A DNA stretch of 63,021 nucleotides, filler included, from Welwitschia mirabilis (taxonomy: Eukaryota): the NCBI GenBank assembly GCA_051453625.1. It is 4 parts of one record of this genome, joined end to end, with 100 filler letters (N's around TTAATTAATTAA, not from the genome) between each part and the next. Parts side by side here need not be neighbours in the genome. Positions count along the whole stretch, not along the records: positions 1 to 15,199 come from JBOZIK010000001.1; positions 15,300 to 27,801 come from JBOZIK010000001.1; 2 more parts are not named here. One strand, 5' to 3'. Of the stretch, positions 12,851-25,545 are shown one piece after another. Under the pieces are notes generated by a model. That model did not search any database. It saw only the letters and a list, made by a program, of their open reading frames with translations, and had not been told where the DNA came from. The number at the start of each line of letters is the position of its first letter. The stretch's first letter is position 1. The position numbers and the translations under genes were made by a program.

Positions 12851-14691
12851 CTCTACATCACAAACATGTTTGGTGGTTTAAGATGATAACACCTCATATG
12901 CAATTTGGGTGATCAAAGGATAATCGAAAAACCCATTAGAACAAATCATCCAAGAAAACAAGTAGAAGCTACAATGGTTAGTCGAAATAGAAGATGCTCA
13001 AATTCGACTCACCCTACAATCAAACATTCAATCACAATTACATGCCTCTAAAGTAGAGGAAGCATATCATCACCTCTCTTCATTAATTAAAAGTTCAGAA
13101 TCTTACAAACAAGCCTTTGAAAGATTATGTGAGGAATGTTTAACATCAAAGATACCTCCAAAACAACAACCTACTTCAAACCANNNNNNNNNNNNNNNNN
13201 NNNNNNNNNNNNNNNNNNNNNNNNNNNNNNNNNNNNNNNNNNNNNNNNNNNNNNNNNNNNNNNNNNNNNNNNNNNNNNNNNNNNNNNNNNNNNNNNNNNN
13301 NNNNNNNNNNNNNNNNNNNNNNNNNNNNNNNNNNNNNNNNNNNNNTTAAATGTCATAGGATTATCTTGTTTAGATAAACTCAATCTATAACATTTACTAG
13401 ATTTGAAAAAGAGTGTAACAATTAGGTTTTAATGATCAAGAATAAAAATCCAAAGGAATAGTTACGTTACCAATTGAGGTAGCTTAAAAGGTTAACAATG
13501 CTACTATGTTCAATTTACTCCTAAGTCATCCTTGAATCATGGATACAAGGGTAATTATTTAATTATCCCATCAAAAGCTCAAGTTCATTAGATGAAAGAT
13601 CTCAGGGACATTAGAAAGAAATCACATACTGGTAAATGATAAAGCACGATCTCAAGCATCTTTCTCATCATCACCTTAAATTCTAGAAAAGAGAATACTG
13701 TCATTCTTGCACNNNNNNNNNNNNNNNNNNNNNNNNNNNNNNNNNNNNNNNNNNNNNNNNNNNNNNNNNNNNNNNNNNNNNNNNNNNNNNNNNNNNNNNN
13801 NNNNNNNNNNNNNNNNNNNNNNNNNNNNNNNNNNNNNNNNNNNNNNNNNNNNNNNNNNNNNNNCACTTATCCTTTTTGGTTATAGTAGTTCATTACATTT
13901 TCTCATATAAATCCTCTTTTATGCTACCTTCTTTTACAAAAAACATCCATCCATCTACTTGATAACAGCATGTTTCATTTACTCATTCTCTTTCTTTTAA
14001 TAATTTATCATGTAGTTCATAATTTCTACTTTGCATTCAATCTTTTTAAACTTGTCAATGATATTTTTCTTAGTTAATTTATCTTATTTCGTTACATTAT
14101 GTCTGAGTACATGCTTTTATAATAAATTAACTATTAAGTAATCAAAGTCTTATTTTATTTAGTAATGCATTTTAAATAACTTCCTTGAGTTCTCAATTTA
14201 GATGCTAAGAAAGAACTTAGTATTAATGGACAATAGTTGAGATTATATTAATAATCATCATAATACTCTTGACATGATAGAAGCAATTGAGTCATCTTTA
14301 TCTAAATGGATCCTTAGGAGAGTTTCTTAGTTAAAGTCATTTTTTTGTTTGATCACCGATTTTGTTTGGTCATATGTTAAACCACATTTAAGTTTTCATG
14401 AAAGTAGTTTTTCAACTTTGGATATTTACAGTGGTAAGATTGTATTTCACCCAATCTTAAAACATTTACACATCTATGACATTCAATGCCTTATGTTCTT
14501 TTGTCCTAGTATTGATTTGTATAAAATCTGATGTTTGTTCTTAGTACTGAATCTTACGATATACCATCTCAATAATCAATTAATATTCGTTAAAAAAAAG
14601 AAAGAGAAATTCAAGTCAATTGGTAAAATATCAATACCATGCACCAAAAAAAAAGAAAAAAAAAGAAGAATATAATATTATTAATAATAAT

Positions 14692-14858
14692 TATGATGTC
14701 CTACCGCAAGTGCACTAGGGTAAATATTCCTGAAAGGGGCCTTTGGCAGTGCAATATGGTAGCTGTGGAAACTCCACCGGGGCATCAGTTCATCATGATC
14801 TGGCTTTAGCTTGCAGATCCTTATGCTCTTGGTAATGGTTGCACTCCCTTCATTATGT
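14692..14858 (+). ncRNA. Putative structured cis-RNA motif, best-preserved copy
   Basis: GTCCTA/TAGGG stem around CGCAAG; AGTGCAAT(14748-55)/GTTGCACT(14838-45); GTGGA-AAC-TCCAC hairpin (14765-77); closing ATGATG/CATTAT. Confidence 0.5.
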
Positions 14859-15299
14859 TAGATGGTGATTTCTGAAAATTCCATTGATTTGATTTTCCAT
14901 GATTCCAAGGCTATAGCTTTGAGAGCATTTAAAACATATTGGTTATTAGTTAGTAAGTCGTCAAGGTCTCATTTACTATTATAGCTGATGATTGGATTGA
15001 GTTATAGTCCTGACAATTTATTAATACTTCATAGTATAACCATTAGACATTGTCATAATTACTGTCTTAGTCACATAATACTCTATGTTATTTAGCATTA
15101 AATCATAATTAATGACATTAAATAATTTCATAATTCATACCAATAGATATTACTAAGATGACACTTAGAGATGTTTAACCAATCTTCTTCATGTATCTAN
15201 NNNNNNNNNNNNNNNNNNNNNNNNNNNNNNNNNNNNNNNNNNNTTAATTAATTAANNNNNNNNNNNNNNNNNNNNNNNNNNNNNNNNNNNNNNNNNNNN

Positions 15300-15920
15300 A
15301 GTACAATTCTTACAAGCTTTTCTAACTATGTTTTGAGCTTCACAATCATTGCCTAATGGGACTGAAGGTTTCTTCAGATCCTTTTCTATTAGTAAATTAT
15401 CCTTGTCAATAAGATCATCTACATCATCTTGAAACACTGGTAATCCCTTTTCATGTTTGACATTTTTTGTGTTATTTATAGCAAAAGAAAATCCTACTTT
15501 CCAAGTGGTTTTTTGAGACCTAATAGCCGCTAGTACAAACCAGTTGGTAATAAAACCAACATCTTTTGAAATTATAAATCCTACCAGCAGGAGCTTTTGT
15601 TTGATAGCAGTTTTCATCTCATTAAGATCCTGATTTGAAGAAGTGGTTTGGTTTATAAAAACAAAAGTACTGCTAGGTTTCAAAACTCTGAGAACTTCGC
15701 TGAGCCAAATCTGTGATGAAAAATTCATGATTTCTCGACACAAGGATCAAAACATCGAGACATTAGGATTTCAAATTGAGCTTTGCCTCTAGGCGATTTG
15801 CCTAAGTGATGACACGCAAAGAATTAGCTTTATTTGAAAAACATTTTATAGCCCAACTAACCAGCCTAGCATGAATTGATGGGGATTCAGAAATAAGCAA
15901 TGCTGACGGAGTGAGCTCAT
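15300..15920 (-). pseudogene. DRE2: Anamorsin (DRE2) retrocopy, unit 2 (3' end in gap)
   Basis: ORF 15252-15743: EVLRVLKPSS…FQDDVDDLIDKDNLLIEKDLKKP…DCEAQNIVRKACKNCT. Confidence 0.9.
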
Positions 15921-16136
15921 TTCTATAGCACACTGCTTGTTTCGATTTCTTCTAGTTTGCATTGTGTGAAGAAACAAAAATGAATGTAGAAGGAGCAAAG
16001 AAAAACGCGTCTAAGGCTCAAACAAAAGTGATGATTCGAAGACAAGAATTTTTACAGGAAAACAAAACCATTTATTACAAAAATTGAAGCAAAATATCTA
16101 GCAACATCACCAAAACATGAGATCTAATGATAAGGC

Positions 16137-16728
16137 CTAGGAACAAGGAGAATCATTAAGAAGATATAGCAAATTATCAGAAATGCATTTCCAGTTAAAA
16201 ATGCAAGATGATAGCTGATTGAAAAAGGCGTCGGAGTTAACTTTGAGATCCTGAAAGCTCTGCATANNNNNNNNNNNNNNNNNNNNNNNNNNNNNNNNNN
16301 NNNNNNNNNNNNNNNNNNNNNNNNNNNNNNNNNNNNNNNNNNNNNNNNNNNNNNNNNNNNNNNNNNNNNNNNNNNNNNNNNNNNNNNNNAAGAGTCTTCT
16401 ATCTCCTATTAAATGAGGTGTACAAATGCAATGCACACCACAAATTTCAAATTGTATGCCACCTGTCACCACCTCAATGCATGTAGTACACAAATTTAAT
16501 AGGACTAGGAAAGCAGTTTAACTTCTTCGTTATATTATGCTGGTTTTATAGTACAGAGCAGAAATAGGAATTATAGGGCTTATCACAGCGTTGGCTTATC
16601 ACAGCTTCTGTGAGATAGTTTCTTATGGTAGAGGGGCTAATGAAACCAATGATGAGGGTGATGATGATTCCAGTGCCATCTGTATCCAAGCTACTTACAT
16701 TCTTGCCCTACGCGTCTCTATTATTCAT
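16137..16728 (-). pseudogene. PMEI-domain gene, unit 2
   Basis: ISQRCDKPYNSYFCSVL (Cx8C); C-terminus MQSFQDLKVNSDAFFNQLSSCI…ISDNLLYLL matches unit 1. Confidence 0.6.
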
Positions 16729-16835
16729 AGGAGGAAAGGGATAGTCAAAAAACGATGCGAGAGTGCGCAAGTCCGTGATGGCAGGCATCATCATGACTCA
16801 AAATTCATTCAGAAATTAGAAGGATCCCATACAAA

Positions 16836-17400
16836 ATGCTAACTGATAGAAAATACGGCATTCTCTTAGTGACTGCTTTTGAAAACGGCAAGCACTGTCC
16901 AACACTCGACACTGCAGAGCCCAACGAAGGCAGAAGAACAGTAACAAGCCATGAAAAGATGGAAGCCAAATATCACAAGGGAACAGCCACAAAACCACTG
17001 AGCAGCAAAATCAGCAAATCTCTTAGTTCCCAATTCATCGTCTTTGCATTTTCTGAGCAGGGCGATTGGATTCCAAATCAGTTGGTGGTGCTGTCGAAGC
17101 CAAACATGATATGCTCTGGTGTGGAATGGCTAATGAGGGATGTTATAAGCACTAATAGTATGTCAAAAGGAGGGAATTCTTTGAGTTATAAGGACTATAA
17201 AACACTCTGGAAAATGCAGACGGTGAACTAAAGATTTGAAGCAACATCAGTGCCAATTTCACATAGACTTGGCAAGTTCTGTTTCACTTGAAATCCTCCA
17301 AGTTTGAAGCATGGCGTTGTACCATACTAGATGTAATACGTTGACTATCTTCTTGTTCTTCCAAAAGATTTACAATCTATGTTGGTTAAACAGCCATAAC
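16836..17400 (+). pseudogene. Unidentified coding fragment, unit 2
   Basis: 131-aa ORF 16836-17231 continues past point stops (…HGVVPYxMxYVDYLLVLPKDLQSM). Confidence 0.4.
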
Positions 17401-19374
17401 AGACGGGCTTCAAACTCAGATATTTTCCAACTATCTCTCTTTAATCCGATAAACGCTTCAGAAGCATCCCTAGCTGAGGGTTTTTCTTCGGGCCGTTTTT
17501 GAGCATCCAAGAACAGAGGAATAGAACAAAGTAAAAAACGCAATCAAAAGGAACATAAGAAGAACAGCACAGGCGAAAAAAAAAAGTTGAAGAACACACT
17601 AGAACAGAGAAAATGCATCACCAAACAGCACAGCAGAACGAGACGTATGCACACCAGAATGGTGACACAGGAGAAGAACGTAAAGCCAAGACAAGGAAAT
17701 GTGTCAGACGCAACAGAGGAGCAGAGGAGCATGAGAAAAGAGCATAGCAAAATGGAGCAGGTAAAAAGAGAGCATCCGCAATGAAACAGATCAGAAAACA
17801 AGTAGAGACAGAGGAACACCAGAATCAAGGAGACGGCATCAGGAGGAGGAAAATCAGATGGGGAGGACAGTGAAAAAAGAGATCATTCATGAAGAAACGA
17901 AATGCAATAGAAGCAGCAATGGCAGCCATAGTAAAGGCGACATAGCAAAGCTGCAGACGCAGAAAATATCACCAAGCAAAAGAGGAGCAACGAAAAGAAA
18001 ACCCCAGAACACCAGCGGACATCACCAAAGACCCAGCATAGGACATTAGAACGGCAAAAATGACAAGGCACAACACAGAGGCTAGACGCAGGATGAAAAA
18101 CGGACGCTAGACGCACTAGTAAAGCAGGAACATCACAAAGAATAACAGAGGCAAAACAATGACCAGAACACAGGAGGAATAGAGGGACGGAAAGCATTAG
18201 GCAGCAAAATTTGCAGACGAGGAAGGAGCGACAGTGCACAACAAAGAACGCTAAATGCTTGAAAGGAGGAGGAACACCAAATTGGCAGAGAAGGCCAAGA
18301 AACATCAGAGAACGGTACAGAAGGACAACGACGAACGTGATTAGAGATCAGACAATGACGAACGTGAGTAAGCAGAACAAGGACGCACATCACAATTTTT
18401 CTATATCACCTGAAATTATTCCAAGTTCATTTTGTGTTATCTCCTGAATTGTGAAATACTTGTTTTATTTTTTCAAAATTTGAGATTGCACTTTAGAAGA
18501 TTTTACTTTTAAAAAAAAAGGGGGAAAGATATTTTCTTATATCATAATTATATATTAAATATTTTTGACTGATATATTATTTTATTTTAAAATTAGACTT
18601 GCGAAATTAGCCTTTTTTATTTGAAATTACATTTTATAAGACTTTGCCTTTAGTTAAAAAAAAAAGAAAATTTTTCTTTCTGTAATTATATATTAAATAT
18701 TTTGATTGATAGATTATGGGGTTAGAAGAGAAATTAGATTTGCAAATTTTTAAGAAAAAACAATTTCAGAGATTTATGAATAAATCCTAAAAATATCTTC
18801 TCTTTTGGGTTTAATCTATAATCATTAGTTGTATCTCCATTTCTATTAATATTAGATGAATTCAAAGTTATTTGATTTAACACTTCCTTGCATTAGACTC
18901 ATCTCAATTTTAAAGGTTGAAAATAAAACCAAAATTATAAATTTAACATTGCGAATAAAAAAAATTTAGCAACAGTATCAACAAGAGATGTTAGTTGTCC
19001 CCTGAATGAAGGTAAAATTTACTAAACATTTTTTAGCTCCAAACTAACCTATTATGTAAGAATTTCTATTGGGGTGCCTACAAAGTTTATGCTAAGTGGT
19101 TGGATCCAAAATTTCACAAATAAGAATGAATTTATGAAGAGAGAGTTAGTTCTAGTTCATTCTCAGTGTCTAATGATTCTAAAGCATGCAATGATGGAGT
19201 GAAAGGAAATTAGCAGAAGGTAATCCACAACATTCTATGACATCTAGAAATCTCCTTGTATAGGTTATGTGAGATCATCATGATATAAACAACACCTATT
19301 TTTATTTACACAAATATGCTTTACAAAAACAAATATTGGGACTATATTACGTAGAGTATTGTTAGAATACCTAC

Positions 19375-19550
19375 CTGTCTGCAATAATATTTCAATAGTA
19401 CTGACATATCCTCTACATACAGCAGAGTGAAGTGGAGTCCATCCTCCTTCATCTCCACTATCAATGGTGTTTAACATTAGATCACCGTCTGCTAAAATGC
19501 AAACCACGTTGTCGTGCCCTGCAGCAGTGTGCGCTGGAGCTCTTCCATGT
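19375..19550 (-). pseudogene. Ankyrin-repeat exon resembling 26S proteasome regulatory subunit 10 (gankyrin)
   Basis: GRAPAHTAAGHDNVVCIL…IDSGDEGGWTPLHSAVCRGYVSTIEILLQTG followed by donor AG|GTAGGT (19374); possible acceptor TGCAG| at 19519. Confidence 0.65.
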
Positions 19551-20571
19551 GGATGAATGACAGAATCATCCTTGAAGCTCTCTCCTCAGCAATAAGACGC
19601 AGGTAACTTCAAGTCAATGACGACGCAAACTTGAGACTGGAGGAGCTTATTCACCAGAATAACAAACACAGCTCTGCATTCTGGTGGATTCAGTGAAGAT
19701 CCTTCTTCCCATTCTGCTTTGCATTTGAAGCAGAAAAAGCTGATTTTGCAGATGAATTGGAGATCATTCAGAAGGCAGATAAGCTAAGTTCCACCCCGGG
19801 AAGTACACAGAGTCCGGCGCAGACAGAGTTGAACCCTTACTGTTCGAGCACAACCGTTGCCACCATTCTCTGCCACAAAGTCTGTGATACTGTTAACACT
19901 TGGGTGCTGCATGCCACCCAATTGCTACTTAAAAAACAAGGGTGAAGATTGAAAATGCCAAGGCTACCTCATCTTGGATACAGCAATTCCACAAAATAAA
20001 TAAATAATATTATTTTCTAAAATAAGCATAATTATCTATGCACTTTTTTTTTTCATCTTTTCATTTTATTATTAGTGTAAACTTTTGAAACTTGTAATAG
20101 GGCCAATTTTAAAAAATTTATATAATATGACATGGTACTAATAGCATGTAGTCTTTTCTCCTAGTAATTTTTGCATCCATCTTAGATTTGATTTAATAGG
20201 ATTTGATTTAATGGCACTAAAATGTATTACTAAGAACATAATTAAGATATAAGATTTGTGATTATTATGTTTGAGTGAAGTCAATAAACTTGTACTCTAA
20301 GTACAAAGTTATTTTCAAGTATCACAATTAATAATTAAATTCATAAAAAAGAACATACATTTACCTTATAAAGGATGATTAAATAACAAATTCAATATAT
20401 AGAAATAATCTCTTATATTACCCTATCTAAAAGTAAAGGCTATGATGGCATACACCATCTCATTAAGATTTGATAAAGTGATTGGGACAAATTGCCAGTA
20501 GTGAGATACTTAGAAATGTCATGATACCAAGATGACTTAGTAGTAGTGGAAATTAAAGCCTTCACTCTTTC

Positions 20572-20660
20572 ATACTGATTGAAAAAGCAGGATTCTAAGG
20601 CTAGATTACCGAGATGGATATTTATTTTATAAGAGTTTCATCTTAAAATTATGAAAGAAT
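20572..20660 (+). pseudogene. Athila-type RNase H remnant
   Basis: LKKQDSKARLPRWIFILxEFHLKI resembles KKDAKPRLIRWILLLQEFDLEI. Confidence 0.55.
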
Positions 20661-21042
20661 GTCAAAACTGAGATAAAATCATAATAGAAAGGTGTACCAA
20701 ATTTGAAAGAAATCTTACTCACATCCTTAATTCAAATCATCTATTCAACCCATAATATTATAGTAAAGAGAGAAATTAACACTTCATTCTCCACCTACCA
20801 TTCTACATATGACTCTATTCTGAACATAACCTTTTGTGTATCTTGACTACATAACAATATTAGACAACAAAGTGTATCCTTATAGCCATACATAGGTAGA
20901 TAGGCTTTAGGTGAGGTAGTATGGTAAAAGCACTTATGGTTAACCTAGTATAATAAAAGTAGTGTTAGTTATTAAGGATTAATTGCATGAATCACAAAAT
21001 TACTATATGAAAGCTCATCACTCTTACTACAAATTATAAAAG

Positions 21043-22390
21043 TGTTAACAAGTCATTAACAAGGGTATACTATTGATTGTAGCTTTGTAGTGATCCAAAT
21101 TTAAAGCTAAGTTTGCACTTAGTTATCATTCTTTCACAAGGATATATGCGGTAACTTAATCAAAATAAATATGAAAATTCTATCTTATACTAAAAAAATC
21201 AAACAAAAGAAAATGAAAAATTGGAGAGAAGAAGTGATCTCTAATCAGCAACGCAAGGGAATAGCAATGCTTTAAGGATATAGCAATTGTTCGAACTCTC
21301 CTCCTTCATTCCAAGGATTCTTGTATCCTAAAACTTAAAGATCAAGTGATTTGCACCTCAAAATTACTAGTGCCAAATGATTGTGCAATAAGAATGAAAG
21401 AATGAAACACGTTTAAATTAGTCTAATCTAAATATTACTAATGCCAAATTAATATGAAATAATAATGAAAGTATTCAAATCAATTCTAAAACTAGCCCTA
21501 CATAAATATTACTAATGCCAAATTAATGTGAAATAATAATGAAATAGTTTAAACTAGATTTTATATTAAAACTGAAATGAATATACATTATATCAATGAA
21601 GAAGAAGAAGAACTCCTCAACTAGCCTTAAATCATTTTGACCCCCAAGAAAGATGGTCAAAGTGCCATGATGTTCTAGCCTTTAAGTCTTCCCTATGTTA
21701 ACCCACTTAAAAGATGTTTATGATGGGCACTCAAGGCCCTTTTATAGATGAAGGAAGGCTTGGGGAGTTGTGTCATGATTGCATTAGGTGACAGTTACAT
21801 AAGTGGAATTGCTTGAGAGCAGTTACATAAGGAGGAAGTTAGAAACATTTGGCAAGTAGCCATAAGGAAAGATTCTTTGTCTTCTTATACAAACATGGTA
21901 ATGATGTATCCTCTGTTTATTGATTATGCTACTAGTGGATGCCATGTCATGTATCTTCATTGTAATCATTCTTGTTACACCACATGTTGCTATGACATGT
22001 TGTTTTGTACTTCTACCATCTGTTGCTAGAATCAAGATTGAATCTGATTTATTATCCAACTAAGCCCATAAGTACAATGGATTTCTTTCCTCGAAAAGAT
22101 GCAAGAACATGAGTTTTGTAATAGTCTATCTCAAAAGTCTGATAATGCCAGTAGTTCTACTCGGTAGTGTTGGCATTGTGTGTTGGATTCTCATAAGGGT
22201 TTACAAACTTTTACAAATGCCAATAACAAACCTACTAATGTTAAACAAAATTCCATAACAACATGAAAATTAGTAAAAAAAAAAAGGTAGAAAACATTAA
22301 TATATAATAAAGTAATGTGTTTTTAATACTTTTCTTTATGTTAAATTAATCAGTTAAACTTGCTTGTAATTCAATTTTTACATGCAAACA
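21043..22390 (-). mobile_element. Athila-like 3' LTR on the minus strand, with 3'-UTR remnant to ~23000
   Basis: Minus strand reads GGACTAGCAAAATACTGGTTAGAGAGTG|TGTTTGCATGTAAAAATT (PPT/LTR start, similar to the LTR at 54356); TATAAAAGG near 21740; ends …TTAACA at 21043. Confidence 0.55.
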
Positions 22391-23305
22391 CACTCTCTAA
22401 CCAGTATTTTGCTAGTCCTTTAGCAAAACATTAATGGAGAACTGATGACATGAAAAAAATAAACTAACTGAAATGGCAAGTAAGAAAATGATATAAATTT
22501 TTAGAAATTTTTGATCAGTTTTTACTAATTAGGCATCAAAATCAAAAACAAAATTGTAAAAGTGGATGTCATACCCTCTAGCCAAAATTAAAATTTATCC
22601 TTAAAGTTATAAAGCTAGGAAATTTTACTAGGTTTTTGAAAAGAAGTCAATTACATAGTGAGCAACTAATGTTGATGAATGTATTTTAGGGAACATCATA
22701 ATGCGATGCTTAAACTAAAATCCAATTTTCAGAAAACACGAAACATAAAACCTAATGAAAAGAACATTTATCCATGAATTAAAAAGATAGAATACAAAAA
22801 ATGATGATCACATTTATTAAAAATTTCTCAATTTTATGTGTCACATATTATGCAAACAAGATATCTTCTAAGTAAACCTACAAGTCAACAAAAATTAGTT
22901 AAGAAAATCTTTAAGTATATAAGTAAAGGAAAGTAAACATAAAATAGTCTTCCAATTCCACCTTTTTCATTACATTTTAGCTTTTTACAAACATGCATTG
23001 TTTCTTATTTTAATAATTGTGATCTAATTAGGCATTGAGTGTTATGACATCTCCTTCTAATAGAGTTAAGCATACTGATTTATGAAGGAGTCAATGTTGT
23101 ACTACCAATAATCATTTATATCCCCCATGTAGTTGAACATGTCATAAATTAAATCATTATAATTATGTTACCCACAAGTGTTCATAGCCTTAATGTAGTT
23201 AAGTAAACCCATTTTCAATAATCAATAATTAATGTTCTTTTAGAGAGGAGGTATTTGCTTTTTTTAAAATCATTATTCTTATATTCAATAATTTTTAATG
23301 CACAT

Positions 23306-24730
23306 TATTGCGATGCTAATTTGTAGGAATTTTATGGTGTATTTAGAGTACTTTTGTAGGACATTTATATAGGTTTATATACAATTCTGCTGATTATGGA
23401 GAGACGACAAGATGATCATGAAAACATGTAATTTTTAGCATAATTAGAGATATTTCAAGCATGTTCTAATACTTAGCATATTAAAGAAGGACTAAAAGTA
23501 AAGAAGACCAATTTACGCTACTTGAGAAGCTTGGGAAGAGTGTCATCCACACTATTGTCCTATGACAGAGGGGATGACAGCTCACTATCATAGTTACATA
23601 AGAGCAGCACATGGTTAACACTTGGACAGTAGCACATGGTGATAGGGAATCGTCCCCTAGGTCATTTGGATGACATTCAAGATGATAGATGTGAGTACAA
23701 CCATGGGGCTGACAGTAGCATATGGACATGCAATCCAATGCATCATCCCCTCTGTCATGTGAATGATTGACAGGACGACAGCATCAGTAACATGCACGGG
23801 AAATCCAAAGGAGTACATGGCACACAACTAAAGGTGTTAAGGTGACATCATCCCCTCTATCATGTGGACGACAACTATTTTTACACTGTGGTAGTAAATT
23901 TCATTGTAAAGAGTGTCAAATGGGCCATGTGGATGGCTAGGGTTTTCATAAGGAACATCTAAGATTACGGTTCATTGTAAAACTATAAATACCCTTTCTT
24001 CCTTTACTTACAAATCATATTTTGTACTTGATATACTTGTGACAGAAGTNNNNNNNNNNTTTCCTTGGTGTTAGGTTGCGTCTCTTCCATTGAGATGTTG
24101 TTATATTATTGTAAGTAAATGTAAAGTTTTTTTAATTCAATACAAATACTCTTGTCATTTCAATTATGTAAATGTCCCTTATGATTTAAGTTGATTTTAG
24201 TTAGTAACAAGCTTGAATTTATTTAGATCATGAGGGCAACCTTTGTTAAGATTGATCTTAGTTAGTAGTATGTTTACATTACATTTTCATTTCATTCCAT
24301 ACTGGACATTGCATATTATACTTGGTATATCTTATAGTTTATGTTGGTTAAGGACTAGTTAAATACTCTTTTTAATTGATATGAATTATAGAAAAAATAG
24401 TCTTTATGACAGAAAGGCTAGAGGCTAGTTTTTATGATAGAAGGATTAGGATCTAAGTAGAATCTCATTTTTATTTCCATTTACTTGCATTTCATATTCA
24501 TTCATCTTGCATTGCATTTACTTTATTATTTACTTTTAGTTATTAAAGGATAAAAGACTAAAAAAAACTACCTTTGAAAATCAATTCTCTAACTCTAAGC
24601 CTAATGCCTTCGTTGGGATTATGACATTTAAATGAACTCCCATCTATACTAGTGTATATTTTTCTGCAAGATATATAATTTACAAGTTTACCTAAAGAAC
24701 TTTAAAATTGCATAAATTCACACTGCAACA
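23306..24730 (+). repeat. LTR of Athila-like family A (element A1, 5' LTR)
   Basis: TATTGCGATG…CACTGCAACA termini; TATAAATA near 23984; followed by PBS; homologous to 44830-46188. Confidence 0.8.
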
Positions 24731-24733
24731 TTT

Positions 24734-24751
24734 TGGCGCCATTATTGGGGA
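24734..24751 (+). promoter_or_regulatory. PBS, tRNA-Asp (Athila) type
   Basis: TGGCGCCATTATTGGGGA versus canonical TGGCGCCGTTGCCGGGGA. Confidence 0.8.
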
Positions 24752-25545
24752 AGGCCACAAGGAGCTAAGAGGGTTATCATTAACCAGATAAGTACCTTGA
24801 ATCTTTTTGTTCATGGTATTTATTTACATTAATTCTATATTTCTAGTGTAATTTAAGGTAGGTTTATTTTTGCAAAATTTTATTTTCTATAACTTTTAGG
24901 GACCCTGTCATTTTCTCTATAGTCTAGACGACATAGGACACGATAGTTCTGAAATTTTAAATTTAGTTTCTATTTTCACAAATTTTATTCTATTCACAGT
25001 CTAGTAATAAAGTACTGTCATCCTATTTGTCATTTCCACAACAGTAGGGATGACAGTCTAGTTTCTATAATCTTTCTTTTTGTAGTATTTTTTTAGAGTT
25101 CTACAGTTTTTTTAGTTTAATTTTTCTGTGATCATCATCCTCCCTGTCGTCCCCATGACTAGGTGGATGACGATCCATTGCATTTGATTCTGGTTTTTAT
25201 TTACTTTTTGTGCATGCAAGGATACAAGAAATTGTGGCAGAAAAATAAAATATCAACCAGTAAGGAATTGGATTAACAAAAACATCAAGAATTATTTGAC
25301 TTCAAATAAAATCTAAGTATACACAACACAAGTATGCAAATTCTATAATTTCTCTCTTTTCTCTATCTTAGAATTATATTTTCTCTATATAGTTAATTTG
25401 AAATAATGATTTCACATTTTTTGAGTGTTAAGAAATAGTAACCTCAAATGATAAACCATCCAATAAACTTGATTTTCATTATGTACTTATTTTCCTTATC
25501 ATTTTAAATCTAAATTCTCTTATTTTATTCTTCTTTCTTATTTCA

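Larger units (their letters stand above)
10884..18974 (+). mobile_element. Non-autonomous Tat/Ogre-clade element, unit 2
   Basis: LTR end ...CAACA at 10975, then PBS, gag, protease, 3' region and the same captured cassette, and LTR end ...CAACA at 18974. The LTR left boundary is unresolved. Confidence 0.8.

Noticed and set aside
14711-14746. GCACTAGGG…CTGA(G)A…CCTTTG resembles the start of a TPP riboswitch
   Set aside because: Lacks the AACCTGA…GGTAATGCC…GCG…GGGA pyrophosphate-binding half.
14747-14785. CAGTGCAAT…GGAAACTCCACCGG resembles bacterial RNase P RNA segments; CTGA…GAAAC hints at a hammerhead
   Set aside because: No P4 signatures (GAGGAAAGTCC / GGCTTA), and the hammerhead CTGANGA core with correct flanking stems is not conserved among copies.
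15244-15255. TTAATTAATTAA inside N runs (also 27846-27857 and 40301-40312)
   Set aside because: Artificial six-frame-stop contig linker, not biology; it means adjacency and gap size there are uncertain.
23540-25180. Spaced palindromic repeats as a CRISPR array
   Set aside because: Repeats are degenerate, irregularly spaced, inside plant LTR elements, and no cas genes are present.
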